59,077 bases of DNA from Rhizaria sp. SCN 62-66 (Eukaryota). The notes beneath the pieces are model-generated. The model ran no database searches. It saw only the letters and a list, made by a program, of their open reading frames with translations, and was not told the origin of the DNA. The stretch spans positions 1 to 59,077 of the forward strand of contig MEDY01000442.1 of the NCBI GenBank assembly GCA_001724265.1, in the 5' to 3' direction. This document shows, piece after piece, positions 22,263 through 31,564 of this stretch; the first letter of the stretch is position 1, and each line of letters starts with the position of its first letter. Both the position numbers and the translations under genes were made by a program.

Positions 22263-22550
22263 GCTCTCCCGTACTCCGATCCTGCGACGAGGATCGTACG
22301 GACTATCTGCTGCGGAACAGCTTGAACAGTAATACAGACTGCAACCAATCTCATTACGTGAAAGCGGAGCATGACAATAATCCTGTTGTACGGTTGTATT
22401 ATACTTTTTATACTCACTTATCTCGGTCGATATTTAACAAAGCATAACATTGCTTATCATTCGTGCCTCTTCTTCAGAAGCACAAATAACTCCTTTCACT
22501 CAAAACAAACTCAATTCATTTACATTTACGAGGAAGTCTTTGTGGTTTGC

Positions 22551-24431
22551 TTAGAGCTTGGCGTTGGCGGCGGCCTTGTCGAGCGCGTACTGCAGCAGCG
22601 TCTGCATGCCGAAGCCGGTGGCGTTCTTGGGGAGCCAGTCGCGGGCCGTGATGCCCATGCCGGGGCCGGCGATGTCGAGGTGCGCCCACTGCACGCCCGC
22701 CTGGATGTACTTCTCCAGGAACGCGGCGGCAGAGCACGCGCCGCCCGTGCGCGCGCCCATCGAGTTGTAGTCGGCGTCCTCGCCCGCCGTCTCGGCGTGG
22801 TGCTCCTCCAAGATCGGCATGCGCCACAGGCGCTCGGCGTGGCGCGCGCCGGCCGCGGTGAGCGCGGTGGACAGGTCGGTCGAGTTGCTGAAGAGGCCGG
22901 CGGCGTGCTCGCCGAGCGCGATAGCGCAGGCGCCCGTCAGCGTGGCGATGTTGACGACGTGCGTGGGCTTGTACTCGTTCTGCACAAAGGTGAGCGCGTC
23001 GGCGAGGCAGAGGCGGCCCTCGGCGTCGGTGTTCATGTTCTGCACCGAGCCGATGTACGAGTCGAGGATGGCGTAGGGCTTGAAGGCCTTGGAGCCGATG
23101 GCGTTCTCGGCCAGAGCGAGCACGCCGACGACCTTGACGGCCGGGCGCGTCAGCGCCAGCGCGCGCATGGCGCCGATGACGGCGGCCGCGCCGCACTTAT
23201 CGAGGTGCATCGACTCGATGAAGCCGGTGGGCTTGAGGTTCAGACCTCCGGTGTCGAAGACGACGCCCTTGCCGACGAAGGCGATGAAGTCCTCATCGGC
23301 GCCCTTGGCCGCCGCGTTGGCGGTGTCGGCGAAGCCGTTGTACTCGAGGACGGCGATGCAGGGCGGCACGGCGGCGCCCTGGCCGACGGCGGTGATCATG
23401 TTGTACCCCTGCGCGAGCAGCTCGTCCATCTCGAGCACGCGGTACTTGAGCACGTCGGGGTGCGCGGCGGCGAGCGCGGCGGCGACCTTGGCGGCCGCGG
23501 CCGTAGTGAGCACCTCGGAGCGCTCGTTGCCGAACTCGCGCGAGAAGAGCAGCGACTCGGCGGCGGCCGCGGAGGACGCGAGCTTGGGCGCCAGACCGGC
23601 GGCTGTCTTGCCCTTGAAGGGGCAGCAGCACGCCGAGTCGGCCGAGGTGACGGCGGCGATGGTCACCGCGGTCAGGGGGTGGTTCTTCTGGGCGGCCGCG
23701 TCGGCCTTCCAGTACTTGTCCCACTTCCAGTTGCCGGTGATGACCATGCGGATGGTGGCATCGAGGACCATGCCACCGCACGCGGGCGTCGCGGGCGCGG
23801 ACAGCGGCACGGCGGCGGCGGCGGCGTCTGAGTCAGACTTGGGGAGGGGCTTGATGCCGGCGCCGGTGCCGAGCGGGACGGCCTCGAGGGCCGACACGGG
23901 CAGCGCGGGCAGGATCACGGCCACGGAGGCGAGCTTGAGCGCCTTGGCCTTCTCGACGGCGAGGTACACGGCGCCGCGGAGCGCGTTGATTGAGAGGTGC
24001 GCCGAGGCGGTGGCGGAGACGCCGTCGATGACGGAGCCCAGGCCGACGAAGATGGCAAGCCCGGTGCCCTCGGCCGCGGGGGCCACGGCGACCTGCTTGG
24101 CCTTGCCCTGGAAGCCCTGAGCGGCGAGGATGGTGCGAGTGGCGGCGGACACGGCGGGGCCGGAGGTCGCGAACAGCTCCTCGGCCGCGGTCAGGAACTG
24201 GACCGTGTTGGAACCGTTGGCGGTAACGGCGGCGGCGACGTCGGTGGAGAAGGAGAGCTTGAGCGTCGCGGCGGAGACCGAGGCAGTGTTGCCGTCGGCG
24301 GAGACGACGACGGTGGAGTTGGCGGGGGCCGTCTTGGCGAGGGCTTCGAGGCTCGAGGGGCGCGCGGCCTTGCGGGCGGCGACCTCGGCGGCCGGGTTAG
24401 CAATGCCGGGGGCACGACCGGAGCAGGACAT
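22551..24431 (-). CDS. Leucyl aminopeptidase, peptidase family M17 (626 aa, no intron in the CDS)
   Basis: Metal-binding motifs VGKGVVFDTGGLNLK, MHLDKCGAAAV, NTDAEGRLCLADAL, ATLTGA and WAHLDIAG. ATG at 24431 (MSCSGRAPG) in an ACAATG context; TAA stop. Confidence 0.95.
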   Translation of the reverse strand: MSCSGRAPGIANPAAEVAARKAARPSSLEALAKTAPANSTVVVSADGNTASVSAATLKLSFSTDVAAAVTANGSNTVQFLTAAEELFATSGPAVSAATRTILAAQGFQGKAKQVAVAPAAEGTGLAIFVGLGSVIDGVSATASAHLSINALRGAVYLAVEKAKALKLASVAVILPALPVSALEAVPLGTGAGIKPLPKSDSDAAAAAVPLSAPATPACGGMVLDATIRMVITGNWKWDKYWKADAAAQKNHPLTAVTIAAVTSADSACCCPFKGKTAAGLAPKLASSAAAAESLLFSREFGNERSEVLTTAAAAKVAAALAAAHPDVLKYRVLEMDELLAQGYNMITAVGQGAAVPPCIAVLEYNGFADTANAAAKGADEDFIAFVGKGVVFDTGGLNLKPTGFIESMHLDKCGAAAVIGAMRALALTRPAVKVVGVLALAENAIGSKAFKPYAILDSYIGSVQNMNTDAEGRLCLADALTFVQNEYKPTHVVNIATLTGACAIALGEHAAGLFSNSTDLSTALTAAGARHAERLWRMPILEEHHAETAGEDADYNSMGARTGGACSAAAFLEKYIQAGVQWAHLDIAGPGMGITARDWLPKNATGFGMQTLLQYALDKAAANAKL

Positions 24432-25528
24432 TGTCTGAGGTTGACGAAGCAAGCAGGCAAAACGGCGTCGCAGGGGTTGAAACAAAGGCAAAGTAAGGGT
24501 TGAGAGGGTTGGGGGTGAGTTGCGAGGCCAGATATGCGCGCATTTCAGAGTTTAGAGGGAAATCGGGCGGATATAGAATTATAGAGATCGTTGAAATAAC
24601 GCCGCTGAGTGGTGGTGATCAACAGTAGGCACGAAGGTGGTGCGCTGTGGGGTTGAGATAGGGACCCGTCGATGCAACGACGTCACCCTGATTGTCCGAA
24701 AAGAATCACGCGTGTGATCGCAATTCTGGCGCGCAAACTGCGAGCTGGAATATTAAACAGATAAACTACACGCACAGTAGCAACGAAAGACATGGGTGTT
24801 ATCGGTATGGGCGCTCGTTATAATGCTCATTTATCCTGTTAAAGCCGATCGCCCTTGGCCTCCGGTTGGGCTGCCGCGATGCATCGCGTTGTGTGGTCTC
24901 TCCGAAGCAGCGTCAATCAAGATCTATTCCAGTCTAACCTGAGCGTGGAGGTGCGATATGACAGAATCTATCGTATAGATAGGCTGCGTTATTCTTTTAT
25001 CACTTTAATTTGTAGTCGTGCACGCGCGTTTTGACTGCGAAACCAAAGCGCCGGATCTTCGCACATCAACCTCTCGCCACCTCTACCTCTTTCTCCTCTG
25101 CCTCAACACGCTTTCTCAGACTCAGACTCACAACATCACACCGCCACCATCATAACCACAACTAACAACGCTCGTCGCGCATTGAACTCATCACTCACTC
25201 CTTATCAACGTAACGCACTGTCAATCCATCTCAGCTCCTGCCTTCTCACCAAGCGTAAGCAGACTTTGATTGATTGCGACGGAGACTGAGTTAAGCGCAG
25301 CCTGAAACGACTAGAGTGGCGCTGCGAGTAGACCTGTCCTACAACAGCTGCTGTCACCTCTACCGTTCCTGTCCCAGCGAACGTTTAGACCTTGAGCGAC
25401 GTGCTGAGTGCGTCAGTGTGTTTGTGTGTGTGTGAGTGCATTTGTCGTGTGTGTGACTGACTGAGTGCACGTGTGAGGGAAAGAAACAGAGGTGCTCGAG
25501 TTTGCGCTTTGCTTTTTCAGGCCCATTT

Positions 25529-28362
25529 ATGATTCGTTCCTTCAGCCTCGCGTGCCGTGCTGCGAGCACCGTGAGCAATGTGTTCGCATCATCAATATCC
25601 GCCTCAGCGTTTACTGCTGCAACTGCTGCTGCTGTTGCTCCCATCACGTTATCATCGAGCTCTCGCTTTAGCACACAGTCACGGCCACTACCACGCTTAC
25701 TATCGCGGTCCCAATCGCTCACTCTCTCTCCTCTCTCCTCATCCGTCACTGCCACTGCTACAACAACTACTACCCCTGCCCGCCGCACATACTCGACCCT
25801 CTTCTCATGCTCTCTCTCCCGCTCCACGCCGCTCCTCCGCACTGCTGCTGCTGCCTCATCTGCCTCGTCATCATCTGCATCATTATCATCTGCTGTTGCT
25901 GATGTTGCTGTGGTCTCCGTACAGTCGCGTCGAATGTGCCTGTGCCACGCCCTGGCCGCCTCCGCCCCGCTGCTCGCGGCCCACGCCGCCGCCTGCGCCC
26001 ACGGCGCCCAGTCCGAGGGCTGCTCCCCGCGCGACGCCGAGGTGGCGGCCGCGCTGACGCTGCCCGACCCCTCCTCTTGGGCCAACCACGACGTCGCGCC
26101 CGTGACGCACATGCACTTCACGCTGCAGGCCGACTTCGCGAGCCAGACGCTCGCGGGCTCCGCCTTGGCGACCGTTGCCGCCAAGGAGCCCGTCGCGGCG
26201 CTGTCGCTCGACGTCAACGGGCTCACCGTCTCCCGCGTCACCCTGCTGACCACCAATGCCAACGCTGAGGCCGGCGACGTCGCGGAGGCCGAGACGGAGA
26301 CCGAGGCCGACTTCTGGATGACGCGCACCAAGGGCAAGCTGGGCCAGGCGCTCGTGGTTAAGTTCCCCGCGCCCGTGGCGGCCGCTAAGGTCAAGGTGTA
26401 CTACAGCACCGCACCCTCGGCCTCAGCCATCCAGTGGCTCGCGCCCGAGCAGACCGAGGGCAAGAAGCACCCCTACCTCTTCACCCAGTGCCAGGTACGT
26501 ACTGCGGAATATAAAATATCAATTATATCTTTGTTCTACTGAATCATGTCATGGTTTTTAGATTGATTTTACTTATGTATATATTATTCTGCTATTCTAT
26601 TGATAATTTACTTTAAGTGCTAATATATTCCGAATTATATTCTTCATATCTCTCTCGCAGGCGATCCACGCGCGCTCGCTGTTCCCTTGCCAGGACTCCC
26701 CCGGCGTCAAGTTCACTTACACGGCCGACATCACCGTGCCCGCGCCGCTGCAGGCGCTCATGTCCGCCGTGCTGCAGTCGACGACCCCCGTGGCGTCGGC
26801 GGACGGCGCGCTGCAGACGTGGTCCTTCAACCAGGCCGTGCCGATCCCGTCGTACCTCGTCGCGCTCTGCGTGGGCAACCTCGCCAAGGCGGACATCTCC
26901 GACCGTTGCGCCGTGTGGGCCGAGCCTGAGAAGGTGGAGGCGGCGGCGTTTGAGTTCGGCGAGACGGAGAAGTTCCTCGCGGCCGCCGAGGAGCTCTGCG
27001 GGCCCTACGTCTGGGGCCGTTACGACCTGCTGTTGATGCCGCCCTCGTACCCCTACGGCGGCATGGAGAACGCGTGCCTGACCTTCGTCACGCCCACGCT
27101 GTTGGCGGGCGACCGCTCGCTGGCCAACGTCGTGGCGCACGAGATCGCGCATTCCTGGTCCGGCAACCTCGTCACCAACAAGACGTGGGAGAGCTTCTTC
27201 CTCAACGAGGGCTTCACCGTCTTCATCGAGCGCAAGATCCTCGAGAAGCTTAACGGCGGCGCATTCAAGGGGCTCCACTCCATCATCGGCTGGGAGGACC
27301 TCAAGGGCTCTGTTGCGCAGTACGGCGCCGACCACCCCTTCACGCGCCTCCAGGTATGTCACGCAAAACGCATAATTTGACCTGCCTCTGTCATACGTTT
27401 ATCAAATGTGTTATCATTTAGATATAGTATATTTTATTCAATTGTCCCTTTATATTTTAGCTTTATTTTTTAACAAATGAACATATATTTTAATTGTTGT
27501 TTGATTTCGCCACACTAAACCATGACAGGTGACTCTGGCGGGCGAGGAGGACCCCGACGACGCCTTCTCCTCCGTCCCCTACGAAAAGGGCTGCACGCTC
27601 CTGACCCACTTCGAGACCCTGGTGGGCGGCCCCAAGGTCATGAACGCCTTCCTCAAGGCCTACTTCGCGCACTTCAAGTACCAGTGCATCTCCACTGACG
27701 ACTTCCGCGGCTTCTTCCTCTCCTTTGCCTCGGCCAACGGCGTCCCTGCCGCGAAGCTCGACGCGATCGACTGGGACACGCTGCTCTACGCGCCCGGGCT
27801 GCCCGTGCGCCCGGAGTTCGACGACTCGCTCGCGCGCGACGTGGCCGCCGCCGCCGAGGCCGTCATCGCCGGCGCCGCCGTCCCGGCCAGCTGCAACTCG
27901 GCGCAGTGGACCTCGACGCAGGTCATCGTGTACCTGGACAAGCTGATCGACGCGCACGACGGCGAGGTCACCACCGCCAACGCCGCCGCGGACCCCGCGG
28001 CCGCGCGCGCCGCCGTGGCCGCCAAGTGGCTCGCGGTGATGGAGCGCGCGTTCGAGGGCGTCGTGCCTTCGGTTGCGGCGATGAAGGCCAACCCCGAGCA
28101 GAACTTCCGCTACCTCACGCTCATGGTGCGCGCGGGCCCCCGCGCGGGCGAGGCCGCGGCGGCGACGGCGGCGGCCGCGGAGGCCTTTCTGGTGAGCAAC
28201 GGGCGCATGAAGTTCGTGCGTCCGCTGTACCGCGACCTCTTCACTTCGGCCTTCAAGCCCCAGGGCGAGGCTGTATTCAAGCGCGTCAAGGCGCAGTACC
28301 ACTCCATCTGCGCCAAGATGGTCCAGCGCGACCTCGACGCCGCCACCAACCTCTGGGACTAA
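25529..28362 (+). CDS. LTA4H: Leukotriene A4 hydrolase-like M1 aminopeptidase; exons 25529 (or 25934)-26494, 26661-27353, 27529-28362
   Basis: [48 protein letters not shown]...NEGFT zinc motif, [14 protein letters not shown] and [10 protein letters not shown]. Introns 26495-26660 (GTACGT..CAG) and 27354-27528 (GTATGT..CAG) are phase 0. Confidence 0.95.
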
Positions 28363-28753
28363 GCGCGTCGCGCACCGAAGCGCGTTGCAGACTGGGAAGA
28401 GAGCGAGAGTGTGTGAGCATGTGCAAGCAAACAATGTTTGTGTTTGCTTGATTGGAATGTTGATGTACATGTACTATACTGCGTGAGGCTAATCAGGACT
28501 CGGATCTTCTATAAAAGTATACAATAAAGATTTACGTGTTTAAGCTTTTGTAATCGATTTTATTGCTTGTATTTATTTCTTAGATCTGAGTTGCTTCTGT
28601 ACACATTTACTTCACTGGCCCGTTTTCGCCGCTGTGTCATGTTATGATGTTGTTCTTTTTGTTGTTCTTTTTGGTTATTAATCTCACACATTTCCTCTTA
28701 CTCAAATTATAGTCAAATAACCCTCCACATGTCACATCTCTCGCTCACCCCTG

Positions 28754-31009
28754 TCACTCACTAGCCAGCCCCGGGCCCGGTGCACCAGAGGCGCCGGCCT
28801 TGCGGCTGTACTGGGCGATGAACTTTGCGTAGGCCGCGTAATAGGGTTGTCCGCCCTGGAAGAAGGTCGTGTTGTGCTCGCCGCCGGGGACGCCGAAGAA
28901 CACCTTATCCCCGCGCCCGCCCCCCACGGTCACGATGCTCGACCCCGCCGCCGCCGCCGCAGGGGCACCAGCGCTGTTTTGGTTGTTTTGGCTGCTGTGC
29001 GCGAGCGGAGTGGAGCCCTGCTGCGCGGCGGCGTGCAGCGCCTGCATCTGGCTGGGCGGGACGAGCTCGTCGGCGAGCCCGCAGATAAAGAGCGCGGGCA
29101 CGGCCAGCGAGGGCGCGAGGTCGATGCTGCGCCAGTGCGATGTCATGAAGACGTGCAGGAACGCGCGCAGGGGCCGCTCCAGCGCGCCGAGGCCGACGAA
29201 GCGGCCGGCCAGCTCGACGGCCATGTCCTCGATGCTGGTGAAGGTGTTCTCAACGACGAGGCCGGCCAGTGCGTCGGGCCGCTGGGCCGCCAGCCAAGTC
29301 GCCACTGCGCCGCCGAGCGAGCGGCCGAAGACGAAGAGGCGGTCCGGGTTGATGCGGCCCGCGCGCGCGAGGCGCTCCGCGAAGGAAAGCGCGGCAAGCG
29401 CGTCGAGGCGCAGGCCGTGCTCCGAGGGCGAGCCCTGGGAGTTGCCGTAGCCGCGGTACTCGAGCACGATGGTGTTGCAGCGCAGGTAGTGGTACATCTG
29501 CCGGCAGTTGACCAGCAGGTTGCCGATGTCTAAAAAGTGCGAATATAACAGAAATGAAGAGTAAATTCAATAAAAAATGTAAGAAATGCATATATAAAGT
29601 CATAAGCACAAGTCAAATCTCAAACGCGCCATAGTCTGAGCAAGATATCCAAAGCATCGCAGAGTCTCGAGTCTGTCTGTTAACGTACTACCCGCGTTGC
29701 CGTGGAAGTAGATGACTGTGGGGCACGTTGCGCGCACGTGGTCGGCGGCCTGCGGGATAAACCACGCGTGCAGCAGCACCCCGTCAGCGGCGCGCAGGAA
29801 GACCTCCTCGTAGGGCAGGCCCTGCTCGGCGGGGGTGCGCGAGCCTGGGGGGTTGTACCGCAGCTGGCGCTTCTCGCCGCTGCGTCCCATGACGGTGGGC
29901 ATATACAGCACCAGGCCTTGTGCCCACCACACGCCAAAGAGCGCCAGCGCGGCAGTCCACAGGACAGAGCGCAGCAGCCCCCAGGCGAGGGCGACGGCTG
30001 CGGCTGCGGCAGCGGCGGCCCACTCGGCGAGAAACATATCTCCCAGGGGCTCAGTCAGCGCGAGCGCGCGGCGCCAGGCGGCGGGGGACGCGGCTGAGGA
30101 CGCCGAGGTGGCCAGCAGCGACGCAAAAGTGGCTGCGGCGGAGGCGGCGGAAGCGGAGGACTCGGACGCGAGCGCTGACGTTGCCGCTGACGCAGAGGCA
30201 GAGTCGAGAGCGAGCGCGGAGGCGGCGGCAGTCGATTTGGCGACGACTGCGGCGACGACGGCGGCGGCGGCGGCGGGGAGCGCGGCGGCGGCGGCGGCGG
30301 CGGTTGCGGAGGCGGCGGCTGAGTCGAGGCCGGCTGCGATGGAGGCCGAGAGCGAGCCTGAGTGACTGTGAGAGTAAGGCTCACTGCCGGAGAGGCGATC
30401 GGAGAGAGAGTGGCTGTGGTCGCTTAGCGGCTCTAACTCAGTGCTGCTCCGAGAGTGCGGCTCCGAGTCTGGGTGATGCGGCGAGGTTGTAGTTGTAGTG
30501 ACTGTGAGTCCGGAGTCCAAGTCCTCTTCCTCAGTCGTTGTAGTCGTCGTCGTCGTCGCAGTGGCGCTCGAGTTCGTGTGACTTGCGTGATTCGGCGACG
30601 CAGGAACAGATGACGCGGACGAACGTGACCGTAACTAAGGCTGCGAGGGTGACGGGGCGAGGATTGCGGCAGCGTTGCCGTTGTTGCCGTGAAAGTTGCT
30701 GTGGTGATGGAAGCTGATTACGGTCTCGGTGCCGTCCTCAATCACGTCGTTGTCGTTGTCGCTGCTCTTAGCCGGTGGCTGCGACTGGGACTCGGAGGTC
30801 GAGACGAGAGACGCGACGGCGGGGTCGGACGCGGCGTCTGCGTCTGCGGCGTCAACAGCGGGAGCTGAAGGAGAGCTGGAGCTTGGGCTGGGGTGAGCGC
30901 GAGCGCGAGTTGTCTGAGCAGGAGCGGGAGCGGGAGCGGCAGCAGGGGCGGGGGCGGCGCGACGTGTGGGCTGTTCTGAGGGTCGGGCTGCTGCGGCGTG
31001 GGTCTGCAT
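28754..31009 (-). CDS. ABHD13: ABHD13/Bem46-like alpha/beta hydrolase; exons 31009 (or 30037)-29689 and 29529-28754; in-frame TAG at 30637-30635 if the upstream ATG is used
   Basis: TM segment then QGLVLYMP, DGVLLHAWF, YFHGNAG|NIG, EYRGYGNSQGSPSEHGL, nucleophile FGRSLGGAV, VENTFTSI, DELVPP and GGEHN. Intron 29688-29530 is GTACGT...TAG; TGA stop. The start codon is uncertain. Confidence 0.9.
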
Positions 31010-31564
31010 CAACGGATACAGTCCTCTAGAGTGGGGGCTAGAGGCGGCCTGGCGGGGCGTCAAGAGACAGAGACGCACACGGGGGGAGCAAGGGAAGGAG
31101 GACAAGGCAACGATGTGAGCGCGGGACTAGTCGGATACACAGAGACACAATGACACTTTGAAAGAAAACGTCAATTCTATAATCAAGAACAATAAATATG
31201 CTATCGTGAAACCGAGCTTGTGTTGCTTGCACACGATCGCAAGAGGCATAGTGATGCGGGGTAGATGTGCTGCTTTTCGTCCATGGTCGAGCACCCCAGC
31301 GCCGCGACGCAAGATCGTCGTCCAAAGACCCCGAGTTATCAACACAAAATCCGCGCCACTCTCAACGTAAAGTTGGTGTAGCGCTGCGATATGTATTTTT
31401 GAGGATACATTACTGTAATTTTTCACTCAAGATATCTTCACAAGTCTGCTCATTAACTTCGATATCTGTCTTTTTCCGCTCTACCACCAGACTCGCTCCA
31501 ACAACCCACCCCCTTCACTCTCCAGGCGCAGTCCTCGCGTGCTCCCTCGCGATCTCCGCGTACC

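Noticed and set aside
22371-23831. 486-aa plus-strand ORF
   Set aside because: It is the antisense shadow of the M17 aminopeptidase, which carries the real motifs.
24432-24491. ORF-track extension of the aminopeptidase to 24491 (MPLFQPL...)
   Set aside because: It begins at TTG inside a pyrimidine tract; ATG 24431 in an ACAATG context is the better start.
25405-25460. (GT)n/(GACT)n-rich stretch upstream of LTA4H
   Set aside because: Short imperfect microsatellite with no terminal repeats or other sign of a mobile element.
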